Source: Macrostomum lignano
Taxonomy: Eukaryota
Reading direction: 5' to 3'
DNA: 64,000 bases
Assembly: GCA_002269645.1 (NCBI GenBank)
Contig: NIVC01003210.1
Span: 47,167 to 111,166, forward strand
A program made the translations under genes and the position numbers. Below the pieces are notes generated by a model that did not search any database, was not told the DNA's origin, and was given only the letters and a program-made list of their open reading frames with translations. Position 1 is the stretch's first letter. Each line of letters opens with the position of its first letter. This document shows, in pieces, positions 36,764 to 49,177 of the stretch.

Positions 36764-36827
36764 GGGTAAACGGCAGGAGTAACTATGACTGTCTTATAAG
36801 GGCTAAATGCCTCGTTATCTAATTAGT
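36764..36827 (+). pseudogene. Isolated 64-bp 28S rRNA fragment (helix 69 region, R2/Pokey/I-PpoI target site)
   Basis: GGGTAAACGGCAGGAGTAACTATGACTGTCTTATAAGGGCTAAATGCCTCGTTATCTAATTAGT vs the conserved GGGTAAACGGCGGGAGTAACTATGACTCTCTTAAGGTAGCCAAATGCCTCGTCATCTAATTAGT: 4 substitutions, one 2-nt insertion, one 2-nt deletion. Confidence 0.85.
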
Positions 36828-37819
36828 ACTACGTCTGTATTCTTTGGGGTGGGCATTTTTGCGACTTACCCCTGGTCCACCACAATTTACGGTGGCCAGA
36901 TCGGCCAGGTCAGCCAGCAGTTGCGCATGTATGAGTGTGTATCTTACATCAAATTATGCCAAATTGAATACACTGCTTTGCTTTAATTAGTATGCAGCAA
37001 ATATTAATCAGTGAAAAGTTCTTAAAAATCTAGAATCTTTATCACGAAACAAATAGATACTTGTGTTAGTAATTTAATGGGACAAATAGCAAAAAGGCTA
37101 TTTGTCCAATCACTGGACAAATAATAATCGCCAAAAATATTATGAGAATAGTTTGTCTATAGCCCATATGCCTTAGTCCCAAATATAAGCAATGCATTAT
37201 ATATATATAAAAGTAAAACCAAAAGTAATAGAATCCCATCCAATGTGATTTCGTTTTGTCTAGATTTGCAACTTAGTTCACTCATGATTGCAACTTAGTT
37301 CCTCAAATTTTGACTTAATTTTGACTTTTTATATATTTTTTCTTGCCTTTTTCTTTTTTCTCTTTTTTTCTTTTCCTTTTCTTTTCCTTTCTTTTCTTTC
37401 TTCCAATTTTTTTGTTTTTTGCATTTTCAATTTTGTAACTTACCTTGGCCATCACCCATTTTACCCATCTAGTTTGGACAGGTTAGATAGGTGTTGGGCA
37501 TGTATATATTTATATAAATATATTATTTATTTATAAATAATATTGTAAATAATATTGAGTCTATCTAATTTTCTAGACAATGAGAACCAATAACTATCCA
37601 TACTTAGCAACAGTCAAAAGTTCTACCCACCAAGTGAAATGAAAATTTTCTCATATATTGCAACAAATTCTCACTCACAATTCAACCCTCAAGTTACGCA
37701 ACTAAGCCACAGCAAGGAAGGAAAAGTTGACTATATCAATACTTGTAATAAATGTCAGTTGCATAAAATCATAAAATCTTTAATGCAATATTCAATTAGA
37801 ATTGCATTCTTAATAATGC

Positions 37820-38190
37820 ATATGGGATCCCCTTGCTCACAGAAGTGCACAATTCTGCATGGCATCCCCAGGATGAGGCAGTGCAGAAAGTCCTGGAGAA
37901 TCTGCTGCCAAGCATTTTCAATGGCATGATGCAGCTTCGCAACATTCTATAGTGGATTCTTTCTTCAAATGCTACATTTTAGGAAGTTCTAGACATGCTC
38001 AATGGGATTCATATCTGGGGACTGGGAAGGTTAGCGCAGAGTGTGCAGCTGTAGCTGTTCTCTCAATTGACTAATAGCATTGGCTTGGTGTGGTGGCGCA
38101 TTGTCCTCCTAGACCATTAAGCAAACCCAAGCCACCCCCAAGTGGCAATAAGATTTGTTCATGCCGTAAGTTGCGTCACTTGCAATAAGT
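37820..38190 (-). mobile_element. Fossil Tc1 transposase catalytic domain (DD34E)
   Basis: V*EDNAPPHQANAISQLREQLQLHTLR*PSQSPDMNPIEHV*NFLK..LHHAIENAWQQI; exactly 34 residues between D and E; five in-frame stops. Confidence 0.85.
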
Positions 38191-39834
38191 AAAAAAATTA
38201 TCTTACTTAATGGGGTGGAACTTTTGACTATTGCTGAGTTATATTAAATATATTGGTATGCAAAAAATATATTTTTTTTATGTCAGTAGCTATCTAAATA
38301 GCATCAGCTTAAGCTCTAGATGATTAATAGTAGACATGTTTATTGACCTCTTTGAACACAGTAGGCTACATGTAGAATCACAAATAAGCAATAGCTTTAG
38401 ATTAGTATATTATCTCCAGTGTCAATTTTTTGTTGTTTCTAATATATTAACTTTAGTAATAAGTGTCTTGAAGTTAGGTTACTCAATCTCTATCAGCTAT
38501 TAGCTTTGTATGGTACATATTTCTATGAAGACCAAAGACAAACTAGTTGCATAGTCTTTTATCCATTGGGATCCATTTGATATGTCCAGAGTAGCTTCAA
38601 ATTTATAATGCTCCAAGGCAGCTTTTAGGCTAGCAATAAAGTTAGCAAGACTCTTGCTAGGCTTTTGCATATGCTTTTAAAATTAGATTCTAAATAGTGT
38701 TCCACTGTAGCCATAGCTATGGCAGCTACGGATATGTCTATGCAACAGTAGCTAGCTGCTCTTATGGCTATGATTACAGAAATATGGTAGTTGCTATTAC
38801 ATTCTGTAGATTCCTATAGTTGTGGTTATTAATAAAAAAATGAAAAAAAAATACTAGAAACAGGTAGAGTAAAACAAAGATACTTTAGTAAACTATATTA
38901 TCAACTTAGAAACTTATAGAATATAACTAATAAAGTACAATAAAACACTAGCAAACTCTAATTTTTATTAATATAAAAAAGGTTCAGCATTATTACTTTC
39001 AGTAGTAATTAAATATTGTTGCTTTGTAAAAAGATGAAATAAAATCTCACAAAGTCAATTGAGCGTTTCAAAACATTTTGTTTTCTAGACTTTTTGGTAA
39101 AACTATGACTTGGCTATGGGAACTATAGGAATATAGTAATATTAAAGTCCCTATATGGCTATGGAATATGAAGAATTGGAATAAGCCATAGTTTTGCTTA
39201 TGGCTACAGTATATGGACCCTCTTTATAGCAGAGCACTAATTTTCTAGCAGATAGCATTGATGATTTAGGAGAATAATATGCCTTTAGAATAGTAGCTTA
39301 ATCTGAATATGACTTAAAAATCACTTTCTAATAGGCAAAGATTCTAAATAACCTTGTAAGCATCCTTTCTAATAGTAGTCAGTCACTAATGTGGTAACTT
39401 TTGTCTCAACGTAGACTTCCTTACAGATAAAATATTGTTCAAGCTTTTCCAAGTATATCTCAATGTCTAAGTTTGCTAGGAGTCTTGGAATTCTACTAGT
39501 TTTAGCCATCTTTGTTGCCAATATAAAATTGTGGGTTCAAAGACAAGTATTTGCGATTGGAAGTAGGAAAAATATACAGAGCTTTTATGTATAAGCATAG
39601 GAACTTTTTATAAAGTAGGGGGCAGGTAACAAACATTGATGCCCCCTCCTACCTTTAAAAGTGGAAGGTCAAGTCATGCCCCCCCCCCCTATTCTGATGC
39701 CTATGATTATTGCTCATTTGTTATAATCAGTTAATTGCTAATCTGATAGATCTTGGATATAATCCAATCTAATCCATATTCTAGTTTCCATGTCTTATAA
39801 TATAATAAAGCAGTAAATGCATAGATAGGATAGT

Positions 39835-40035
39835 GCATTGCTTCAGTTCACCCAGCTGTAAAATGGGTGCCAGCAAGCATTCTCTGGGGTAATTGAGGGT
39901 GTGTGGCAACCCCCCAGTCCTTGGACTGAACAGCCGTACGCAGTTTTCAGATGCGCTGCGCAATAGCTGCGGCTGAGCTGTCGGTTGCACATTTGGCCCA
40001 TTAGGGCAGGTTGTAATAAACTCGTATTATTAATT
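39835..40035 (+). mobile_element. 5'-truncated CORE-type SINE copy ~100 bp upstream of the RPL8 ATG
   Basis: Aligns to the core and tail of 4804-5115. Confidence 0.8.
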
Positions 40036-40131
40036 AGATTATTTACAATAGCATCCTGAATTTAGACCCAGCTTGTCAAATAAACGGAGGCATATTAGTT
40101 ATCTAAATTAGCGCATGAATGCCTTCCAGAC

Positions 40132-41950
40132 ATGGGCCGCGTGATTCGCTCGCAGCGCAAAGGAGCCGGCAGTGTGTTCCGCTCGCACACCAAGCGTCGC
40201 AAGGGTGCCGCCCGGCTTAGGCCGATAGACTTTGCCGAGCGCAACGGCTACATCAAGGGTGTGGTTAGGGATATTATCCACGACCCCGGCCGCGGTGCTC
40301 CCCTGGCCAAGGTGGCATTCCGCGATCCCTACCGATACCGTCAGGTCACCGAGACTTTTGTGGCCGCCGAGGGTGTCCACACTGGACAGTTCATCTACTG
40401 CGGCAAGAAGGGTGCGTTAGTGCTGCCTCTGACTGACTGACTGACTGACTGACTGACATTCCCTAATATGATGCCTCGCACTACACTTTGATCTGATCGG
40501 CTGTATTTATCCTTGCGGATTTATACTTGGCCAAGTGATAAAAATAACAAAATGCTATATTTGAAAAAATAAGCACTGATATTTTTTCTAGAAAGAAATT
40601 TTTATTTTACTACTTACAAGTAGCCTGTGAGTAGGGTATCGCGAATAATAATGGTTCAAATCCACCCTCTTTCTTCATCGCCTGAAAAAAAACGGGCAGC
40701 CAAGCTGCAGGTCGGCAACATCCTGCCACTCGGCGCGATGCCCGAAGGCGCCATCATCTGCTGCGTTGAAGAGAAGGCCGGCGATCGCGGCCGCTTAGCC
40801 AAGGCTTCAGGCAACTATGCCACCCTGATCGCGCACAATCCGGAGACTAAAAGATCGCGCATGAAGCTGCCCAGCGGAGCCAAGAAGATTGTGCCGTCCG
40901 CCTGTCGGGCTATGATTGGTGAGTGCTGGTATTCCTTTCAGAGAGTTGGGGAAGACTTGTGAGCAATTAAACTACACCTGAATTGCTCAGGTGTAATAAA
41001 CTCAGACAGTTGAAATCCCACCCTATGATCCCATTCTATGATTCGATCCCATGATCCCATCCTATGATCCCATTCTATGATTCGATTCCATGATCCCATT
41101 CTATGATTCGATCCCATGATCCCATCCTATGATCCCATTCTATGATTCGATCCCATGATCCCATTCTATGATTCCATCCCATGATCCCATCCTATGATCC
41201 CATTCTATGATTCGATCCCATGATCCCATTCTATGATTCCATCCCATGATCCCATCCTATGATCCCATTCTATGATTCGATCCCATGATCCCATTCTATG
41301 ATTCCATCCCATGATCCCACCCTATGATCCCATTCTATGATCGCATTCTATGATCCCATACTTTGATCCCATTCTATGATCCCATTCTATAATCCCATTC
41401 TATGATCCCATTCTATAATCCCATTCTATGATCCCATTCTATGATCCCATTCTATGATCCCATTCTTTGATCCCAATTCTATGTTCCTCATTCTATGATC
41501 CCATACTTTGATCCCATTCTATGATCCTCATTCTATGATCCCATCCCATGATCTCGTCCTATCGTCCTCATTCTATGATCCCATACTTTGATCCCAATTC
41601 TATGATTCTCATTCTATGATCCCATTCTATGATCCCATCCTATGATCCAATTATATAATCCCATCCTAGGCATCGTAGCCGGCGGCGGTCGCATCGACAA
41701 GCCGATCATGAAGGCCGGCCGGGCCTACTGGAAGTTCAAGGTGAAGCGCAACTGCTGGCCAAAAGTACGCGGCGTCTGCATGAACCCGGTGGACCATCCG
41801 TTCGGCGGCGGCAACCACCAGCACATCGGCAAACCGAGCACCATCCGCCGGGACACCAGCGCCGGTCGCAAGGTCGGCCTGATCGCCGCCAGGCGCACCG
41901 GTCGCCTCCGCGGCACCAAGGTGGTCATCGACAAGGGCCAGAAAGAGTGA
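40132..41950 (+). CDS. RPL8: 60S ribosomal protein L8 (uL2), 3 exons (40132-40411, 40700-40918, 41670-41950), ~259 aa
   Basis: [16 protein letters not shown]...[10 protein letters not shown]...AGGGRIDKP...[25 protein letters not shown]; GT-AG introns, both phase 1. Confidence 0.98.
41022..41669. repeat. 13-bp minisatellite (ctatgatcccatt) filling RPL8 intron 2 up to the acceptor AG
   Basis: Direct periodicity; last copy reads ataatcccatcctAG. Confidence 0.92.
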
Positions 41951-42197
41951 AGAAAATCTTATTCGCTGTGCTGACAGTCGTCTATGCTGGCTGCTTGTTT
42001 GCGCGCGTGCTTGTTTCGGCTGGACTAATGAGCAACTGAATCTGTTGTCCGAAATAAACACAGGGTACCCATGTTGTGGCCACTTGGCCATTAAAGAACA
42101 CTTTCTTGGAAGCAAATTGTCTCCGTGTGCGTTTTTTGTCTTCGTCTTTTTCTGCGTTCGAATCTGGCTGCAATTAGGGGATTAGGATCACATTCAC

Positions 42198-43912
42198 CAG
42201 ATTCACTCTTGATGTCACTCCAAATTCACTCTTGATGTCACTCCAAATTCGCTCTTGATTTCACTCCAAATTCACTCTTGATGTCACTCCAAATTCACTC
42301 TTGATGTCACTCCAAATTCGCTCTTGATTTCACTCCATATTCACTCTTGATGTCACTCCAAATTCACTCACGATATCACTCCAAATTCACTCACGATATC
42401 ACTCCATATTCACTATTTATGTCACTCTGAATTCACTTTTGGTTTCACTCCAAATTCACTCTTGATGTCACTCCAAATTCACTCTTGATTTCACTCCAAA
42501 TTCACTCTTGATTTCACTCCAAATTCACTTTTTCACTCCATATTCACTCTTGATGTCACTCCAAATTCACTCTTGATTTCACTCCATATTCACTCTTGAT
42601 GTCACTCCAAATTCACTCTTGATTTCACTCCAAATTCACTCTTGATGTCACACCAAATTCACTCTTGATGTCACTCCAAATTCACTCTTGATTTCACCCC
42701 AAATTCACTCTTGATGTCACTCCATATTCACTCTTGATGTCACCCTAGTTTCACTCCAAATTCACTCTTGATTTCACCCCAAATTCACTCTTGATGTCAC
42801 TCCATATTCACTCTTGATGTCACCCTAGTTTCACTCCAAATTCACTCCTAATTTCACTCCAAATTCACTCTTGATGTCACTCCATATTCACTCTTGATGT
42901 CACCCTAGTTTCACTCCAAATTCACTCCTAATTTCACTCCAAATTCACTCTTGATGTCACTCCATATTCACTCTTGATGTCACCCTAGTTTCACTCCAAA
43001 TTCGCTCTTGATGTCACTCCAAATTCACTCTTTATTTCACCCCAAATTCACTCTTGATGTCACTCCATATTCACTCTTGATGTCACCCTAGTTTCACTCC
43101 AAATTCACTCTTGATGTCACTCCATATTCACTCTTGATGTCACCCTAGTTTCACTCCAAATTCACTCCTAATTTCACTCCAAATTCGCTCTTGATGTCAC
43201 TCCATATTCACTCTTGATGTCACTCCATATTCACTCTTGATTTCACTCCATATTTACTCTTGATGTCACTCCATATTCACTCTTGATTTCACTCCATATT
43301 CACTTTTTTCACTCCAAATTCACTCTTGATTTCACTCCATATTCACTTTTTTCACTCCAAATTCACTCTTGATTTCACTCCAAATTCACTCTTGATTTCA
43401 CTCCAAATTCAGTCTTGATATCACTCCAGATTCACTCTTGATTTCACTCCAAATTCACTCTTGATTTCACTCCAAATTCACTCTTGATTTCACTCCAAAT
43501 TCACTCTTGATGTCACTCCATATTCACTCTTGATGTCACTCCATATTCACTCTTGATTTCACTCCAAATTCACTCTTGATTTCACTCCAAATTCACTCTT
43601 GATGTCACTCCATATTCACTCTTGATTTCACTCCAAATTCACTCTTGATTTCACTCCAAATTCACTCTTGATTTCACTCCAAATTCACTCTTGATTTCAC
43701 TCCAAATTCACTCTTGATTTCACTCCAAATTCACTCTTGATTTCACTCCAAATTCACTCTTGATGTCACTCCATATTCACTCTTGATTTCACTCCAAATT
43801 CACTCTTGATGTCACTCCAAATTCACTCTTGATATCACTCCAAATTCACTCTTGATTTCACCCCAAATTCACTCTTGATGTTACTCCATATTCACTTTTT
43901 TCACTCCAAATT
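42198..43912. repeat. 23-bp satellite (tcactccaaattcactcttgatg) with higher-order blocks
   Basis: Direct periodicity, ~75 copies. Confidence 0.95.
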
Positions 43913-44499
43913 TGCGGTTGCTGTCCTCTAGCCTTGTCCACTTATTTATGATGCAGCAAATGAAGTGGATTACTGCTGCGTTGGCATTGGCAAATACAGG
44001 TAATTGATTGACTGACCTGCGTCAGTTGGCACTAAAATGCTTAAAATTTAATAGAGAAAAGTATAGCACTTGATAATTGCAGCTGAGTCTCAACAGTGTT
44101 TTAATGGGCCAATGATTGACTTGCTCGGGTCTGGCTGTGTTGGGGCCCAGAGAAACACGGTGGCAATTAATCATTGAGATGATAAATGACTGCTGATGCT
44201 GATATGGGACTATTTTATATTGTGACTGTATTGATGATTCAATGCGTCAAGAGCCATCCAGGGTGCAGGTGGCTGATCAGCTGTCAATTTTCTTGGCAGG
44301 TTAGAATTTATGCAGCATTGAAAGCTCTGTGGCCTATTGAGTAGCAAGAGGGTCAATATTTTTTTATTTCCATTAAGCCCCAATTGAAATAATTGCCTCT
44401 TCACTGAGTTGAGCTGAAATGCTTTTTACTTTCATTGAAAGTGAGTTTTAGCCGCTGTCATTTTAAAAATTTAATATTGACTCTTTTCACAGTTGGAAT

Positions 44500-44975
44500 A
44501 CCTTAGAGTTATCCAGATGGAATATAGAATGCCATAGAGTTATCCAGATGGAATATCGAATGCCATAGAGTTATCCAGATGGAATATAGAATGCCATAGA
44601 ATTATCCAGATGGAATATAGAATGCCATAGAATTATCCAGGTGGAATATAGAATGCCATAGAGTTATCCAGATGGAATATAGAATGCCATAGAATTATCC
44701 AGATGGAATATAGAATGCCATAGAATTATCCAGATGGAATATAGAATGCCATAGAATTATCCAGGTGGAATATAGAATGCCATAGAGTTATCCAGATGGA
44801 ATATAGAATGCCATAGAGTTATCCAGGTGGAATATCATGGATTTCCTCAGGTGGAATATCATGGATTTCCTCGGTTGGAATATCATGGATTTCCTCGGGT
44901 GGAATATCATGGATTTCCTCGGGTGGAATATCATGGATTTCCTCGGGTGGAATATCATGGATTTCCTCAGGTGGA
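44500..44975. repeat. Compound minisatellite: 31-bp unit (ccatagagttatccagatggaatatagaatg) grading into a 24-bp unit (gtggaatatcatggatttcctcgg)
   Basis: Direct periodicity; both units share tggaatat. Confidence 0.9.
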
Positions 44976-45899
44976 ATAACTTAGAATTTCTCAGCTTAGC
45001 TTTAATAAGCTATCCAGCTATCAATGTCACACAAAAATTGATGGAATATTTTACGGAATAATAAAGCAATCACTTTTCTACATTCACCTAAAAACATTCA
45101 TCCCAGCTCCCAAATTGTCATTCATGCATCCAGTTTTGAGACAACAAGTACCCACTTTAGCCCACACTTACCCTACCTGCATGGACACTCCTAAACACTT
45201 TAGAGCTGTTATTAAGATTGTCATTTAGTCATTGACGGGAGAAGTATTTTGTATGATTTTCAGTAAAGTAAGAAGCCTGCATGCGATAGCAAGTGGGACA
45301 ACAAAAGAAGCAGCACTTCACTTTGCAGAGTGTCGCTGTCACAATATACTACACTTATCACACTAAAAATAGCTATAGTGGAATTGAAGCAGATTTTCGT
45401 TTCAAAATTTTGTCAATAATCCTGTGATACTGGCCAACACTTCAGCTAGGCTATACTCTGTGTAACACAGCTGTCAAATACCAGTCCGTTTGATAAGTTT
45501 ATCGACGGGGGTACAAAGCATAGCGATTTGCATGCGTGAATCAATCCTCTCTAACATTTAAATTGTTGCTTACTCTGGACAATAGAAAGAACTTCATAGA
45601 TTATTACGAGCTATTATTAACAATTATAGGCAACAGATGACTCGATTCTCGAGCAGATTAACTCGAGTTCAATCTGTCTTGACAGGTCGATAATAAATAT
45701 CTTCTGTGTGTCAAGTTTCTTGGCTTGCCTTGGGCAGACAACGCATGCGGCTGTGCTGAAAAACATGGTTTAATTGCAAATCCATTTAAACAACTCTTAT
45801 TGTTCAATGAGTATAGCTAATTATAATGTGGAAATTTCCTTCTCCTTTACTTTTAAGCCTTTTAATGCTAATGTCACTAACTAGAATCTCCACCAACTA

Positions 45900-47510
45900 G
45901 AAGGTTATCAAAGTATAATCTTTACAAACTATAGATTCTTCACAAACTAAAATATTCACAATCTATTGAACCTTAACAAACTATAAAATCTTCACGAATA
46001 TTCACAAACTATAGAATCTTCACAAACTATAAAATATTAAAAAATTGGATAATCTTTACAAATATTCACAAACTATAAAATATTCACAAACTTTAGAATC
46101 TTCAAAAACTAAAGAACATTCACAAACTATAGATTCTTCACAAACTATAGAATCTTCACAAACTATACAATATTCACAAACTATATAATCTTCACAAAGT
46201 ATAGAATCTTTGCAAACTATACTCGTAGAATCTTCACAAACTATAGAATCTTCCCAAACTATACAATATTCACAAACTATACAATATTCACAAACTATAT
46301 AGAATCTTCACAAACTATAGAATCTTCCCAAACTATACAATATTCACAAACTATACAATATTCACAAACTATATAGAATCTTCACAAACTATAGAATCTT
46401 CACAAACTATAGAATCTTCACAAACTATAGAATCTTCAAAAACTATAGAATCTACACAAACTATAGAATCTTTGTAATAAACTATAGAATCTCCAAAAAA
46501 CCAGAATCTTCACAAACTATAGAATATTCAAAAACTATAGTCTTCACAAACTACAGAATCTTTACAAACTATACTCGTAGAATCTTCACAAACTATAAAA
46601 TCTTCACAAACTATAGAATCTTCACAAACTATAAAATCTTCACAAACTATAGAATCTTCACAAACTATAGAATCTTCACAAACTATAAAATCTTCACAAA
46701 CTATAGAATCTACACAAACTATAGAATCTTTGTAATAAACTATAGAATCTCCAAAAAACCAGAATCTTCACAAACTATAGAATATTCAAAAACTATACTC
46801 TTCACAAACTACAGAATCTTTACAAACTATACTCGTAGAATCTTCACAAACTATAAAATCTTCACAAACTATAGAATCTTCACAAACTATAAAATCTTCA
46901 CAAACTATAAAATCTTCACAAACTATAGAATCTTCACAAACTATAAAATCTTCACAAACTATAAAATCTTCACAAACTATAGAATCTTCACAAACTATAA
47001 AATCTTCACAAACTATAGAATCTTCACAAACTATAAAATATTCACAAACTATACAATATTCACAAACTATATAGAATCTTCACAAACTATAGAATCTTTA
47101 CAAACTATACAATATTCACAAACTATACAATATTCACAAACTATACAATATTCACAAACTATATAGAATCTTCACAAACTATAGAATCTTCACAAACTAT
47201 ACAATATTCACAAACTATACAATATTCACAAACTATAGAATCTTCACAAAATATCGAACCTACACAAACCATAGAATCTTCACAAACTATAGAATCTTCA
47301 AAAACTATAGAATCTACACAAACTATAGAATCTTTGTAATAAACTATAGAATCTCCAAAAAACCAGAATCTTCACAAACTATAGAATCTTTGTAATAAAC
47401 TATAGAATCTCCAAAAAACCAGAATCTTCACAAACTATAGAATCTTTACAAACTATACTCGTAGAATCTTCACAAACTATAAAATCTTCACAACAAGAAT
47501 ATTCAGACTA
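45900..47510. repeat. 18-bp satellite (cacaaactatagaatctt) upstream of the Sox gene
   Basis: Direct periodicity with duplicated higher-order blocks. Confidence 0.93.
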
Positions 47511-47700
47511 TACAATTGATAGTTCGCATAAGTGAGCTCTACATTGAAATGCTTATTAAATATTCAGGCCAATCAGAAATTTTACACAGAAGCGTCCAGT
47601 CCATGAGGCTTAATGTTAGTAGTCCTTGCCAATCGGACAGCCAATTGGAATTCGTCCAAGCCTATGGACGCGCCAGTTGCCGCTTTAAATGCGTTTAGCC

Positions 47701-47832
47701 AAGCCAGAAGAAAGCCAGAAGAAAGCCAGAAGAAAGCCGGAAGAAAGCCAGAAGAAAGCCAGAAGAAAGCCGGAAGAAAGCCAGAAGAAAGCCAGAAGAA
47801 AGCCAGAAGAAAGCCAGAAGAAGGCCAGAAGA
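47701..47832 (+). repeat. 12 copies of an 11-bp unit (aagccagaaga) between alternative start codons of the Sox gene
   Basis: Counted directly: 132 bp. Confidence 0.92.
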
Positions 47833-47841
47833 ACGCCAGCC

Positions 47842-49068
47842 ATGCAGCAGCAGCGACAGCCGAATTCTTTCGAAGCCGCTCAGCTGCTGGCGGGACCTGA
47901 GATCCCGCTTCCCTCACACTTTGCCGAAGAAATCAAAAACAGCAACCTCGGTGGCGGCTGCCCGGACGAGCAGCGGCCAGACAGTCGAATCAAGCGACCC
48001 ATGAATGCCTTCATGGTGTGGAGCCGCAGTCAGCGCCGCCTTCTTGCCAGAGCGAATCCGCGGCTGCACAACTCCGAGATCAGCAAGCAGTTGGGACTGC
48101 AGTGGCGCCGCATGACCGACTCGGATAAGCGGCCCTTTGTTGATGAGGCCCGGAGGCTGCGGCAGGATCATATGCGGGCGCATCCGGGCTACAAGTACCG
48201 GCCAAGGCACCGAGCTCGCTGCTCCACCGCCAACTCCGCAGCCGCTGCCGCCGCCGCTGCCGCCGCTGTTGCTGCCGCCGAGATGGACAGGCGGGCCTGC
48301 TTTGGCGGGATGCCTGGCGTGCCTGGTGAGTCTCCCCTGCTCCCTGCGTCTGCTCCCTGCGTCTGCTCCCTGCATCCCTGAGTCTGCTCCCTGCATCCCT
48401 GAGTCTGCTCCCTGCATCCCTGAGTCTGCTCCCTTGCATCCCTGAGTCTGCTCCCTGCATCCCTGCGTCTGCTCTCTGCATCCCTGAGTCTGCTCCCTGC
48501 ATCCCTGAGTCTGCTCCCTGCATCCCTGAGTCTGCTCCCTGCATCCCTGAGTCTGCTCCCTGCATCCCTGCGTCTGCTCCCTGCATCCCTGCGTCTGCTC
48601 CCTGCATCCCTGCGTCTGCTCCCTGCATCCCTGCGTCTGCTCCCTTTATCCCTGCGTCTGCTCCCTGCATTTGTCTGCCCCACAATTCATTTAAACATTG
48701 TTCATTTTTTTAATTTAAAAATCTTTTAAAATCGTTTTTTGTCAGGCTTTCTGCCCATGCTGCCGCACATGTTCGGCTTGCCGGAGCCGCTCGTGTGCCA
48801 GCAGCAGCAGCAGCAGCAGCAGCAGCAATTTAGGCCAATGCAACCGCAGCAGGGAAGTCGCAGCCTTCCCATCTTGCCCAGCTGTTCACTCAGCGGCAGC
48901 AGCAACGCTCTGTACAACTGCTACTTGCAGACAGTCGCTGCAGCCATGTCGGCTGCTCTTGGATCCCCGCCGCCGCCGCCGCCACCGCCGCCGCAGCCGC
49001 CACAGCCGCTGCCACAGATTTGCAGTCTGATGGCTTCTATTGGTTACGGAAACCCCCGACCGCAGTGA
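47842..49068 (+). CDS. SoxB-like HMG-box transcription factor, 2 exons (47842-48325, 48746-49068), ~268 aa from ATG 47842 (in-frame upstream ATG at 47689 possible); polyA, polyQ and polyP tracts
   Basis: HMG box [74 protein letters not shown]; phase-1 GT-AG intron downstream of the box. Confidence 0.9.
48338..48672. repeat. 21-bp minisatellite (atccctgagtctgctccctgc) in the Sox intron
   Basis: Direct periodicity starting ~12 nt after the donor. Confidence 0.92.
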
Positions 49069-49177
49069 ACTGTTTGAATTGGCGTCTTGATTTGTTATAG
49101 TCGGGGATTCTCTAGAAGTCTTTGACTGAGTTTGACAATCAGCTTCTTTCTGCTCTGTGCACTCTGTTTCTGTGTAC

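Noticed and set aside
36764-36827. Functional rRNA gene
   Set aside because: Only 64 bp, helix 69 pairing disrupted, no flanking rDNA; kept as a fragment
31600-38190. Tc1 N-terminal half (31.6-32.1 kb) and DD34E half (37.8-38.2 kb) as one split element
   Set aside because: Order on the minus strand is reversed, and ages differ greatly (intact versus five stops)
38690-39230. Possible MITE from inverted ctgtagccata / tatggctacag motifs
   Set aside because: Match too short and degenerate to define termini or a TSD
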